Source: Camelus dromedarius (Eukaryota). From it: a stretch of 64,000 bases of DNA. The notes under the pieces are model-generated. The model saw only the letters and a program-made list of their open reading frames with translations, made no database searches and had not been told where the DNA came from. The position numbers and the translations under genes are program-made. Below are positions 11,441-25,005 of the stretch, one piece after another. The first letter of the stretch is position 1. Each line of letters begins with the position of its first letter. Location of the stretch: NCBI RefSeq assembly GCF_036321535.1, contig NC_087447.1:34102001-34166000 (forward strand). The letters are read 5' to 3'.

Positions 11441-13470
11441 AAAACACTGGCCCTTGCCCAGGAAGCCTGTGTTCGAGAAGGCTCAGGAGGCAAGGAGGGA
11501 CAGCCGCATCCCAACTTTGGGAGCTTTATCAGAGACTCTCAGTGGACAGAGATGCAATGACTTGCCTGAGGTCACAAGCAAAGGAACCAGCTGATCTGGG
11601 GACCGAACCCCTGAACACCAGTGCCACACTTACCTTCTCCTTGGGGAAGTAAATAATTAGTGCTGGAGCCTAATGAGGTGCAGGTAGCAGCCTAATGTTG
11701 GCTTGGTGGGGTCCTGACTAAGCCACTAAGCAACCGAACAATTTCCACATCATCTTCTTAAGCTCTGTAGTGATGGGTGGAGGGGGCTCTCTCCCTCCAC
11801 CTGACCAGAGGCCCTTGGATGGAGAGCGGGAGCCTCCGCTGAAGAGACAGGGTGTCCGTGGGCTGTTTTTCTTGCTTTTCAAGGCTGGGCATCCTGGGCT
11901 GGCCCACGAGCCTCAGAGTTAGGAAGCATGGCTTTGTTGTCAGAGTCCTGAGTTCAGAGTCTCTCCTGCCCCTTGCTAGCTAAAGGCCCTTGTGCTTACC
12001 CTCGTTAAAAAGAACTAATGGTTATTGATGCTTGCTGGGTACTGTGCGAAGAGCTTCACAAAAGTCTTGACGTTTCAGCGTCAAAGGAATCTTATCAACT
12101 GTTATTTTTAAGATGAGGACAATGAAACTGTGGCCAAGATCACAGTGCAGGAAGGTGGGTCCAAATGCCAGCTTTGTCACCTATGGGGGTAATTTCCCTG
12201 AGTTTCAATTTCCTCATCTGCAGGATGGGTGAAACCACATATTAAGCTCACCAGTCTGTGGTGGGCTGACTGAGATAGTGTGTAGGAAGCCCAGTGCCTG
12301 GTACATCAAGGGCCCTGAAAATTTATTAGCTGCCGTTACGAGAGCAGCAGCAATGGCTCATATTACAGAGCAATGACTCTGCCTTCCCTTTTCCCCTTTC
12401 AGTTCCACAAATATCACATACCAGGTTCTGTGCTAGGCTGGGGTTACAGAGACAGAAAGACCTGGTTCCTGCCCTGCCCTGATGAAGCGCAAAGTCTGCA
12501 AGGGTCTCAGACATGCCAATAGGTAACTCTCTTACTCCATGAGGAGTGGTACTCCAGATGGATGTATGACAGGCTCTGTGTACACACAGGAAGAAGTCAC
12601 AGAGGGGCGCTGTTGAAGATGGCCTCTGAGGGGTGCATAGGAGTTTGCCAGCCAAAGGAGGAGGATCCATCTAGACACACAGAAAGCACACACAGAAGCA
12701 GAGAGAAGTAGAGAGGAGGGTAAGGGGATGAGAAGTTGCTCACTATTACTAGAGCAGCAGGAACAAAGACAGGAACTGGGCTGAAAAGGGGACTGGGGCA
12801 CAGTCGGGAAGGGCCTTGATGCCAGGTGAGACTGAGAAGGCAGTGCGCAAATGAGTAATGAGTTCTGGCTTTCGTTTCCAAGAGAACACGGACTTTTCAG
12901 TACCTCCACCATTCCACACGCCATTTTTGGTAAGCACTGTCTCACTGATACTTCCTTCTACAGATTTTCCAGAACACACTACCTGTCTGGATTCTGTCTG
13001 AGTCACTCCCGACCTTTGGGAAATGACCAGACTTGCAGGGTAGACCTCACCACCCCTCTAGCTAAAAGAGACCTGTGGAGACAGCAGGCCTAATATAAGG
13101 AAATTTCTCAACAAAATAGGTGCATCCTATGTAGCTATGAAAAAACTCTGGAATCTCACAGGACCTGTTAGAACAAATACGCCAGATTCTGAGTCCAACG
13201 TTTACTCAGCAGACCTCTTCTCCTCCTTTAAATGTAATGAGGCAACAATATGGAACAAGTGAAATGGGTCTGTGAGTCACCTTCGGAAGGAGAGCAAGAT
13301 GACCCCTCATTCTCAAAGTTCACAGTTCGCCCCAGCCTGTATAAGGAACACAAGTGGACTGTCGCTCATTATGAAAAAAATCACCTTCTATCAAGAACTC
13401 AGGGAGGAGAGAGGGGATGAGATGGGCAAGAAATGTATGTACTAACCTGATCAAGTTCATTGTATTTCTA

Positions 13471-13629
13471 TTTTTTAATTAGTTTTTATTTTGAAAATTT
13501 TTTTGGCTGGGGGAGGTAATTAGGTTTATTTACTTATTTATTTATTCCTTAATGGAGCTTCTGGGGATTGAACCCAGGACCTCATGCATGCTAAGCAGGC
13601 ACTCTACCACTGAGCTAGACCCTCCTCTG
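13471..13629 (-). mobile_element. vic-1-like SINE, full length
   Basis: A and B boxes plus cctaattacctcccc tail; 17-bp TSD agttca(t/c)tgtatttcta at 13454-13470 and 13630-13646. Confidence 0.9.
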
Positions 13630-15577
13630 AGTTCACTGTATTTCTAATAGAGCACAACACTAAAAAAACAAACAAACCCTCAGATGCAAGAAATGAAAGC
13701 AATATAAACAGAAAAAAAAAATCAAGTCTGGGTGATTACTTTTCTTCAAAGACATATCAGTCTGTCTTTATTTTCTGGACACACTTTTGGTTTAAATGTG
13801 AACATAGCAAAGAAAAATGGCACAGAAGACATATATATGCAATATTCCTTGCCAACAGCAATATAAATATATGAACATAAATATCAACATATGCTTTGTT
13901 GCATAAGATTAAAAAAAATGATGTGGGCTGATGAAAAATCCTTGCATTTGAGTGTTTCATCAACATCCAAGTCCCTAAACAATAAATGCTTTCACAGTGC
14001 TCTCTACTCCATTACAATAGGCCTGACGTTTATATTCTCAGTTTATTAGGATGTAAATAGAGTTTCTGGACAAACCTGTAAAAGGATCCATTTAGTTTAG
14101 GGTCTCTTAGAAATCAGATGAATAAACTTCACTCTGCATCATAGAAGGACAAACCGACAAGACAGTCTAACAAAGTTGCCTGAGTCCTTTTGAAGAAAGC
14201 CCATCTTTTTGTCAGAAAAGAAGCTGTTACATTTGACTTAAAGGAAGAAGAGGATGCATCTGAAATGCAAAAATATAGTTGGAAAAAACTGGATTATTTT
14301 AAAGTTGTCAGTGCTACTAATAAAACTGCAGCACTCAAATTGAGGCAAACACTTACAATTTTACTAAGGAAACACTTGGAAACCGCTTTGCCCTCAGTTT
14401 TTAGGCACAGAAGCTGAGGCCAAATATGGCCCATTTCATTTACCAATCCACTCCCTGCCACGTTCACCTCCAGGTGGAAACATATCACAGAGTGATTCTG
14501 AGACTCACAGCATAGGCTTAACACGTTAAAACCAAATCAAGGCGAGTCCTAATCAAAGAACACGGCGCTGCGGTTTCTCTATCCTGGGTTGTCCCCAACT
14601 GACACACAATGAAACAAAACTTAAAGCAGCCTTTGGAAAGAAAGTCTCAGGTTCGAATGTCATCCTTGATTAGGTTTTCCTGCAACAATAGGACTTTATA
14701 AATAATACAGACTAGACAGCACAAGTAATCAAGAAATATTTCTTTGGTGTTCATGTCTTTTGGGGAACTCCTCCAACAACTGTGCTGGCAGAGGCTGAGG
14801 AGGACAGGCACCCAGATCACCGTTTCCTAACTTCCTGCTCCGTGCGGGCTGGGGCACCATTCAGCACCGCTCCCCACTGCGCTCTAGCACTGCAGGCTCC
14901 TCAGAACATCCTGGAACTGGTACCTGCTCCTTTTCAGAGGGTGTGAGAGTTCAATTATCATCTCAAGCAAAATCTGCTCTGATTTTGATCAAGCCTGGAA
15001 GAGCCACCTGAGGCCACACCATGAGCCACTGGGGCTCAGAGCACAGAACACAGCCATGGAGAACAGATGTCACTGCAGGGAGGTTCCTTCAATGGCTGGG
15101 AACCGCCAATCGGGAGTATCCACAGCTCTAGGGACACCAGCCACTTCTGGGGCTCACCTGCAGTTCACTTCCATCTCCCCGAGTCGGTCCTGGAGATGAA
15201 GTGCGCCCGATGACGGGGAAAACCCTGGCTCAATCCTCTGACCCTGGTTCAGCAGGAGGGCTGGCGCGCGGCAGGAGTGAGCGGGCTCGGGACGTCTGGA
15301 GCCTGTGCTGGCCACCTGGTCCCCGGAGCACGCCTCTGCACAGCGCTACAAAGACGTTGCTAAGCTAGTCAGACAAGAGCTCAGCTCCAGCGGGCCATGG
15401 GGACAGAGGTAGCAGCAGGAAAAGGCAGGCCTGAGTAAAGGAGGGGCCTAAGGGCCCTAGAGGGCCTCGTTAAGCCTCACTGGGGTGAACTGGTGCCACA
15501 GACTTTCCTCCCGAAAGCTAGGTGCGGCAAAGCGGGTTGAAGGGAAGAGAAATCTCAACACCTGCCTCATCTTCCAC

Positions 15578-15736
15578 CTGCTGCTCAAAATGCGGGCCAC
15601 TGGACCAGTAGCTCCAGCACTGCCCAGCAGCGTTGTAGAACTGTGGCATCACAGACCTCCTGAGTCAGACCCCGCGGTTCAACAAGGTCCCCAAGTGATT
15701 CTAATGTGCGTTAAAAACTTGGAAGCTGTGGTCTAG
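15578..15736. mobile_element. MER5-like hAT-Charlie fossil
   Basis: ctgctcaaaatgcgggcc...ggaccag...aacaaggtccccaagtgattctaatgtgcgttaaaa. Confidence 0.6.
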
Positions 15737-16908
15737 GCAGTGGTTGTCGTAGTGGGCAGCGTAAGACGACCCACAGGGGTGGAAATTACCACGCTTCTCC
15801 TTATATTTGTCTTATCACATCCCTTGTAAATCCTACGTATGTGCAGGTTTTAGCATGTACACAGTATTTTAATAATTTAACAACAAACACAACGTCTAAT
15901 GGAGGAACAAGCTCTTTTTGACACAACCAAAACCAGTTTAGAGACCACTACCTAAAGCAGAAATTCCTAAATCTTCCTCTAAGTTACAAATCCCTCTGAG
16001 AAACTGGTGAAAGCTACAGAGCCCACCTCACCTCGGTGCAAAATGTGCATCACTGCCGAGGCTCCACGTTCATGGCCCCCATGCTGAGTCAGGGTAGAAG
16101 TGGATGCTGGCTGAGTCTGTCCCTACAACATACTCCAAGTTCCCACAGAGTGAGATTTCTGCTTGTGTTTGCTGTAAATGAACTCAGTGGTGGCACGTGG
16201 CACTGCTGTAACTCGCTAGTCACCCCGAATTTTAGCACACAGACGCGATCTCAGCACTGGGGTAGGTGTGGGCTGGCCCCCACCGACCTCCTAGCAGAGG
16301 ACAGACTGATCAAGCGGGAACATTCCTGTGTGGTGATGAAACATGCTGCCAAGTTCCTCGCATCTTTTGCAAAAGGCAATGCAGATTTTTACAGATTAAA
16401 CAAAGTTCCACCTAGGGCTGATTTCCAGAGCATTTCGCTTTAGCTTGCCTAAGGATCTATACATATATCAACTCTATACGGATTTATTTAAAAATCCATA
16501 ACTGTGCTAATAAAATATGCAATCACTCAGAGAGCCAGGGATTCTAACAATGTATCCTATTTATCACCCCTATTTAAATAAACACACATTGATAAATTTT
16601 TCATTATAGCCCGTAACTATGTTTGCTTAAAATCGGAGTTGGCAGGGCACCCTCCTGAAGAAAGGCTGCACGCTTTGCAAATTTGACAGTCCCCGTGTCT
16701 GGAATTTGGCCTGGCCTGAATCCGCTTTACTGTGGTTCAACTGTCAGTGTGGGATTGCAGCAAGCATTTCCAGCACTAGCAGGAAGCTTTTTGTCCACCT
16801 ACTGAAAGATGAAACACACTCGAGCACACAGGAGACGGTTCCCTAGACAAAGCCCCTTTAAGCTCTTTCTTGGAATGAAACAGATGGTGAGAGGAGACTG
16901 ACTGATAT

Positions 16909-17375
16909 CCAGGAATTCTCAAACCTCAGAATATGCCCGAATCATCTGGGGAACCTGAGAAAAACACAGATTTCAAGGCCCCAGCTTCACAGATGCAGAA
17001 CGCCACGAGTAGGGGCCCAGACTTAGCATTTTTACATAGAGCTTATTTTTTTAAGAGCATTTTGAGGTTCACAGAGAAACTGCACAGAAGACAATAGGTC
17101 CCATTACACCCTCCCTCCCCTACCGCCAGTTTCTCCTAAATTAACAGCCTGCATCAGTGTGGTACATGTGCTACAACTGGTGAACTACTACTGATAAAAT
17201 TATTATTATTTGATACTTATCATTATTTGATAGTAATAACTAACATTACGAATTATGATTAATAGTATTGATACGTTATTAACCAAAGTCCGTCTAAGAG
17301 TGCACCGTGCTGTACAGCTCTTTGGTTTTTTGCAGGCAGTCAGGATCAAGCTGTCAGAAATGCTGCTTTAAGTCT
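16909..17375. mobile_element. MER5-like element interrupted by an old L1MC-type 3' fragment (about 17040-17330, minus)
   Basis: ttctcaaacct...gaatcatctgggga...ggggcccaga...gcattttta, then tttaagagcattttgaggttcacagagaaactg...gcatcagtgtggtacat...taaccaaagtcc, then a MER5-like end. Confidence 0.6.
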
Positions 17376-20300
17376 TGAGACCTGGATGGAGCAGTTGTGA
17401 GCTAGGCTGGCCCCAACTTCCCTAGGAATTAGAGTCACCATCTTGTGACTACAGTATGATGGCAATTTAAATTTCAAATTCACGTAAATTAGTCTTGGCC
17501 CTGTACTGTTAAGGGGACCATGTGCACGTTAAGAGTACCCGATTCCCGATTCCTAATGGCCCCTCTATCTCAGATCAAGGCCTGATAAGAGTTGTTAGAG
17601 CTCTAAGTTTTTTCTAAAATATTGCTAACTCTTGGTCGTGGACTTTCTGGCCTACAGGCCCCAGAACAGACCAACTGTGGAAACTGAGACCGGGCAGGGA
17701 CTGAGGGGGCAGTGCCAGGGAGGCTGAGCGCAGAGTCCTGGGAGCAGCATATGGGGGGCACAGCTGGGGCATCGTAATTAGATGCCTCGACCCTGGAAAA
17801 GCCTTCCGCTTGGTTAAAACAATCCACCCTCCCAGGCACTTCTTAGACCCTGAGACCGCGTGCCAATCTTCTGGACGCTGCCACACCTTATCGTTCCTGC
17901 AATTTCTGACAAGACCCCCCACCCCACCCCAAAGTGCTCTATGACACAAGAGCACTCCCTTGCTATTCGCCTAAAGTCGGTGGAACTGATGCCCGCATTC
18001 AGGGCTGTGTGTTCCCTTTCAAAGAAGACTAGAGGCTCCTGACGGTGGAGTCAGACATCCAGAGTCTCCTTCCCTTCCTGTCTCATGGAGACGCCCCCAG
18101 GTAACAGCCAGCATCACTACTGGACTGGGCAGAAGCCAGCGAGCCCTTGAGTTGAGGCTCATGCAGGTTTCACTTTGTCTTATCTTGGCTGAGGCTGAAA
18201 TGCTCAGGTGTTCTGAAAACAGGTGGAGTATACAGGTGACTAACATAACTTGGGGACAACCCTTCTGCAGACTGAGGCACAGAGCAGGCCTCGGAGCCTG
18301 GAAGGAGCTAGGGGGCTGCAGGAAGTGCCACATTAGAACCACATGCAGGCTGCAGCCCTAGAGATGGTCCGCATTTTGAGGCCCTGCTGTGAGGCAGGCA
18401 CTGGCCTGGGTGCTTGGGACACAAGAATCAGGTGAGGGGAAAAGTGTCGCTGTTTGCATGGGGTTCAGCAAGGCCCAGAGTAGGGAGAAGGGCCAGAAAA
18501 GCCTTCGTAGAGGAAGAAATCCTTGATTGGAATCTTGAAGGATAAGAAGGTGCTTGCCAGTAGCCCTGGGTTGAGGGCAAGGAAATTAAGATAGTTCACA
18601 CAGACATACATGCACCAATACAAAGGATCTAAAAATAAAACGTACAGTGGATTCACTGAATTGTCTCAGATGCTAAATTCCTACCAGGTAGTATTTTCAT
18701 TAAGAAAAGCATCATTCTGGGCACTCATTCCAAGTGGAATTCAACAAATGTATTTCCAATATAAGGAAATCCACATATAGGCTTCTGGGCTTCAAGCACA
18801 GGGATTAAGCCAAAACTGGGTGACCGCAGGATACTCGAATTACCTGCCAGTAAATCCGACAAGCCCAGCAGACACAACAGCTGACAACACAGGATGCCTG
18901 ACCCTGTGCTCTTTCCCATGTGTCCCCGAGCCCCGGTCACCTTCGGGACACCGGTTCTCTGTGCAGGTGGGCTCATCGCCAGGCCAGGCAGGAGTTTGAA
19001 AAAGCATCTTCAGCGTTACAAATTTATCATTGTAAACAAATATCCTCACACACACTCTAACCCCCATGCAGAGTGCGATGTCTTTATGTCAAGCAGAAAG
19101 GGGCATGCGATTTTTAAAGTTTGAAAAGCACCGAGTTAAGATTTATGAGGATGGGAACCAGCCATTTTCCTCCTGGGAAGTTCAGATTTTGAACTATTTA
19201 AGTACCAGGCCTCCATAAGAAGAGAGGCTATCTATGCAAGTGCTGTGCAGCCTGACAAGTGGCCCAGGACACAGCCACGTGGAGGGAACAAGGCTGCAGC
19301 TGAGAGCACGGATGTGGCCCGTCTGCGCCCTGAGCCACAATAGGCAGATCTCACGGCTGCCTCTTTGGGGTCCCACTCCTCCCCACAAAGAGCTGCACTG
19401 CATAATCCTGGTAATATAGGGCATGTCGAAATTCTCCAAGTCTAAAAAACAAAACAGAGTCCTAAAGTGAAAAAGGCATCTTTAACAAACCAAGAGCCTC
19501 CAGAAAAAGGAAAAATCAGCCCATCCTCCGGCTGGGCACATCCCGAATAATGCCTGGGTCCCTCCCACACGAGCCTACAGGAAAAGGGCCGTTCCTACTA
19601 AGGCTGATGATATAAAACATACATGCTGAGTATCTGGGGGGTACAGAGGGAAATGAGACATCCCTGCATCTATTTAGAGAAAAGTGAAATAATATTAAGC
19701 CATGTTAGCTAAAGGCTCCAAGGAAGACTTCTAGGAAGACGGGGGCCCCCCAGGCATGGGAAGCTAGTAAGAAAAGGTTTAGAGGGAGGCGTCACAGGCC
19801 CCACTCAAGGGCAGCACCAGTCCAGCCCCCTGTGTAAGGAGCAATGTCAGTGCCACCGCAAAGGGCTCATGGACCTGAGCTGAAGTTAGTCACGTTGCCC
19901 CGTGGCTAAATTCTCTGTCGTCCATGATTTCCTAAAAAGGAGTCAACAGTAAAACCGGTAGAGCAGGGAGTTCAGTGTGAAAGGCAAAAACTGTCTCCCC
20001 CTAGAACACCAGCATGTACGGGCCGGGACGGTGCCACAGGCATGCCGGCAGCAAGGACAGGTGTGTCTGCCCGCAGCAAGGCGGCTACTGGGGCTGGGAG
20101 GCTACCTGGGCATGAGACACCCAGGAGCCAGGCGTCCAGGCAAACCAGCAGCCTGGGGACAGACAAAGGGCGGCCCAGGGCTGTGTGTGCCCGAGGCGGC
20201 AGGGGCACCTGGCGGAGGCAACTCTCTGGCGGGGAGGGCGGGCTGCGAGGGAGCCGAAACCCAAGCCAGTGACCTCCAGGGCAGAAATCAAGCAAGAGCT

Positions 20301-21518
20301 GGTGGCTGACAGGCTCCTCAAATTACCTCCTATCAGGGCAGCAGGAGCTGCAGTCACAACAGCTGTCTGGGGCTGCACAGACACAGGGGGAGCAGGGGCC
20401 TGACTTTCTCCCTCTTCCACTTGTCCAAGCGTTTCCACTTTCACAAGAATGGGAGACAGACCAGCTGAAGCAGTCATTCAAGCTGGGCAGGGCCAAAGCC
20501 CAATCGTCTAGACTCTGCATAGTGAGTGTGAGCTTGTTAAATGCTGTAACATTTTTACACTTTAAAAAACTTTGAATTTCACCCTACAATCTACAGAGCG
20601 TAACTCACAGGAACAGTTCGGCAGGTGTGCACACCCTGAGCCAACAGTGGTTCTTGTTAGCCACGGTCCACTCTGCCTCCAAACCCCGATATCTGCCAGA
20701 CCAGAACCTGCAGCAGGGGAAGAAGCTGGGTCTGATGTTTGTGTTTATTTGAAGGGGGCATGGGTGAGAATATTTTTAGAAGAGACAGCTTTGGTGCCCT
20801 GCTACCACTCCCAGGCCGGCACAACCTGTGGAAATCTGGCTTGTCAAAGAGACCTCTTTTTCCTGAGCACAATGCCCAGCTCTGTTCCAACCTTGTTAGA
20901 ACCTCAGTGATTCCTGTGGGAACTGGACGCCCTGAATCTTACACCAGGAAGAACTTTTAAAGGTCCCCTCTCTCAGCATCTCATCTCATGCAGGAATCCC
21001 TTCTGCAACACGTGGACCTGGGTTTCCAGATCCTGCTTAATTACTCTTAGGAACGGGAGGCTTGTGTCCTTATGAAAGAGCCCACCCTAGTTTGGACAGG
21101 TGTACTTTTCAGCCTGATTTTCATTACACTCATTAATGGTCACTTTGGTGTCTAGGAGACGAAAAATGAAAGTCTAATGTCCACCCACAGTTTGAGTTTG
21201 ATCCTCTGGAACCTATTTCTCTTCTAAGCATGTCTTGTGCCAAGCAGATTTAGTTTCTATAAACATTTCTATTACATCCCGAACCTGTTTCCCTTCCTCA
21301 TCATCCTTCCCTAAAGAAACCTTTGCCTGATTCTGAACCTCTTCAAACTTGCACCAAGAACAAAATACACTCTTGTTGCCTCCCACATTATTATCCTATT
21401 AATCCAGTTGACAGCTGGGATTTATAGAGCTCCCTAAAACCTAGAAACATCTCTGGGTCCACTGTACATTGTCCCAACTCCTGAAGCAGAGACCCGTGAG
21501 CATCTTCAAATGGTGGTT

Positions 21519-22079
21519 CCCCCATGTTCACAGCGGCACTATTTACAACAGCCAAGACATGGAAGCAACCTGAAGGTGTGTTGAGAGATGACTGGATAAA
21601 GAAGTTGTGATACATACACACACACACACAATGGAATACTCCTCAGCCATAAAAAAGAAAGAAATAATGCCATTTGTAGCAACATGGATGGACCTAGAGA
21701 TCGTCATACTAAGTGAAGTCAGGCAGAGGAAGACAAATATCATATGATATGACTTATAGGTGGAATCTGAAAAAAATGATACAAAGAAACTCATTTACAA
21801 AACATTTAGAAACAGACTCACAGATATAGAAAACAAACTATGGTTACCAAAGGGGAGGGAGGGGGAGGGATAAATTAGGAATTTGGGATTAGCAGATATA
21901 AACTACCATATATAAAATAGATAAACAACAAGGTCCTACTGTATAGCACAGGGAGCTATATTCAGTAGGTTATATATAACCTACAATGAAAAAGAACATA
22001 TATGTATAACTGAATCACTATGCTGTACACCAGAAACTATCACAATATTGTAAATCAACATACTTCAATTAAAAAAAAA
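21519..22079 (+). mobile_element. 5'-truncated L1 (decayed ORF2 C-terminus plus 3' UTR), nested in an MLT1 LTR 3' end
   Basis: cactatttacaacagccaagacatggaagcaacc... plus polyA; perfect 13-bp TSD tcaaatggtggtt (21506-21518, 22080-22092). Flanks rejoin to an MLT1-type terminus (...ttatttgctatacagccatagaaac). Confidence 0.9.
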
Positions 22080-23794
22080 TCAAATGGTGGTTTCAGGCAG
22101 CCAGATTTTGGAGTTATTTGCTATACAGCCATAGAAACTACAACACAGAGTTTACCCAGCAAGCAAGGTGGAGCCACAGAGAAATTATAAGCAGGTCGTA
22201 ACGTAATCAGATTTCTGCTCTAGAGAGATTGTTCTTGTCTGGGTGGAGGGTGGATTTGTTGGACAAGTTCTGAGATCAGAGGCAGGGAAAGCAAGGAAGG
22301 GACGAAGGCAATCCTCTGGGGGAGAGACATGAGCAGTGTGACAGAGAGAACCACAGCAGGAGATTGTGAAGGCAGAATCCATCCACCTTGGTGACTGGTC
22401 TTCCAGGAACAAGGGAGCGGGAGTCTGAGATTCTTTCCGGGTTCTGGCTGGGAAGAAAGATGGATGCGGACATACTGGAAGAGGAATAGCTTTGAGGGGG
22501 AGAAGAGGAGTTAGATTTTCAATATGTTTATACAACTTCCAGGGTTTTCAGTGAAAACCCTGAGGCACAGCGGCTGTGCCTGCAGTCAGTCTGCCTGCGT
22601 TCCAGTCCCGACTCCCGGATTCACCGGCTCTGGGCGAGATACTGACGCCCTCCAAGCCCCTGCATCCTTGTCAGAAGAATGGGAAGAAGACCACAGAGAT
22701 TCCGGGGAGGCCGACTGGAGACAATGTGTGTGAAGTGCTGCACGTGGTGCCGGGCATTTAGAAACGCTCCAGGCGGTAGCTGCTATTATCATCACCATCC
22801 TTATTATTAACTGGGAGGTAGACTTGGTCAGAGGCTGGCAGGTCCTCTGTATGCAAAAGGCCTGGCTGCAGGGCATCACATGAGAGCCGTTCCCAAGGGA
22901 CCTCGCACACACCTCTGGTGAACGAGCAGTGAGACCACTCAACCGTGAAGTCTGTGTCCACTTCTAAAACAGCTACGCCAGCCTGCAGAGGCGGCAGGGA
23001 AGCCAGCCCAACAGCCGTCCTCAGTCTTTGTCTTCCTCCCTCTCTCCCAGCTCAACGGCTGAGTGGTTTTAATTAACAGCTCCCACAGAGTAAGGTAAAA
23101 GTCACTCGATTAATAAAGCTCTCACTTGCCGTGCATGGTTCCGGGGTCTCCGGGTGGCGCTGAGCTTGTAATTGTGTGTTTTGTTTGGGTTCGCGGTGGG
23201 TGGGAGGCTACGCCGCTAGAATTTCCTGGGAGAAATGCAGGTATCACCCCGACAAAGGTGACTGAAATGCCCACTTTCATGAGATTTCACACCCGGAAGC
23301 CACACTGCAGTGAGGCGCTTTGGTAAATCAGCGTGCAACACGGCTCAGCTCAGAACCTTCCTGTCTCTGAGCATCTTGGTTTTCGTTTCCAAAACACACA
23401 GAACCAGTTTTGTCCCCATTCACTTTCTGCACAAGCACCTGGGGAATGTTGACATAAGTGTTTCTAATGCTACAGTAAAGACCTGTGACATTTAATTGAA
23501 ATGAATTGTGAAATAATGCTTTCGAGGCAAACAAAAGTATCTGCCTTTGCCTCCGCCACAGCCAGCCTCCGTGGTCCTGGCACAAGCATTTGCCAAATAT
23601 TTCTCCAAGTTCCTGTGCAACTCAGTCCTCGGAGCCTTACCCCTCTGAATACCACCTTCCTGCTCTCTTTATCGCTCTATTGCTCCCAAATATGGCGATG
23701 GGGAAATCCAGGGTCTCCATATGTCCACAGATGGCCACTCCTCCTTGGTGGTCTTGCCTTGCATATAATCAGAGCTACAGTGAGAAACCACACT

Positions 23795-24010
23795 ACAGAG
23801 TTCCTGGAGCACAGGCTCTGAATTCAGCCCTGCTGACCCCTTGGTTCTAGCAGTTACTACCTGCGTGACCTATTCGAGTAACTCAGCCTCTCTGAGCCTG
23901 GTCTCCTTGATCATAAAAAGAGGGTGAAAAACAGCCTTTATTGCAAAAAACTGATGTAAAGAGTGAGACGATATATGTAATGACCTCAACAGAGCACCTA
24001 GCACACAACA
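23795..24010 (+). mobile_element. MIR
   Basis: gagcacaggctctg...tgcgtgacct...cctctctgagcctggtctcc...cacctagcaca. Confidence 0.6.
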
Positions 24011-24720
24011 GAGATGCCAAAGCAGCTAAGTTGTTGTGTAAGACCACACCACTGCTGCAGGACACACAAAAAGACATGCGCCAGCAAGCACTGTTAGCGC
24101 CTTCTCTGTGGCCTTCTCCGTCTCAGCAGAACCAACACACTTATCCTGGCCTATGTTTCTGACAACTTGAGTTGACTTCACCCGGCAAACTTCACTGCTC
24201 AGGTATGTGAAATTTCTCATTTCAAAACAGATGCCTGGGCGATTCTAAGTACCAAGCTCTGGGCGCGGGGACAGGGACACTGACAATGCAGCAGAGAGAA
24301 CCACAGACCCTTGTCTCCCACTTGTCCCCAGATCACAAAGTGCACGTGGGCTTGATTTATCTGAATCTTATTTCACTTTGGGCTCTCAAAAGTCATCAGC
24401 CCTCCAGGTGTCCACGCCAGGGTGTCTGTCTTACTCCAGAGCTATTTCAGGATTAAGAGAAAAGGTTAAAACCTTAATTTCTCAGGGAGATTTCTTATCA
24501 GGACCTGGGGATTCTGGAAGGGATGCAATGATTTTCCAAGGCATGCACTGACTCTTGATTTGTGGTCGTATCTTGGGCAGGATGCATGAGCCTCAAGCCC
24601 TCACAGATGTTTCTACAGGCTGATGTGTTGTTCTTTGTCTCTGGACTGCAGGTAAACTGCCTTTTGCCCCCAGAGGACTCATTCTCACTGATGACACGGC
24701 AAGGCCTACTACGTGCAGAC

Positions 24721-25005
24721 TGTGATGGCTTATTTTATGTGTCCACTCAGCTAGGATGGGAGATCCAGATACGTGGGCAAACATGAGTCCAGATATTGCT
24801 GTGAAGGTACTTTTCAGAGGAGATGAGCACTTAAATTGGTAGACGTTGAGTAAAGCAGATTATTCTCCAGAATTAGATGGGCCGCATCTAATCAGTTGAA
24901 GGCCAAATGAGGAAAAAGACTGATGTTCCCCAAGGAAGAGGAAATTCTGCCTCTAGGCTCTTTGGACTCAAGTTGCAACATCTACTTTTCCTCTGGAGAA
25001 CAATA
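24721..25005 (+). mobile_element. MLT2 (ERVL) LTR, internally deleted
   Basis: tgtgatggcttattttatgtgtc start; gagtaaagcagattattctcc; atcagttgaaggcc; aagaggaaattctgcct. Confidence 0.8.

Noticed and set aside
24873..24893. 8-bp stem attagatg/catctaat
   Set aside because: Short and inside an MLT2 LTR; expected by chance.
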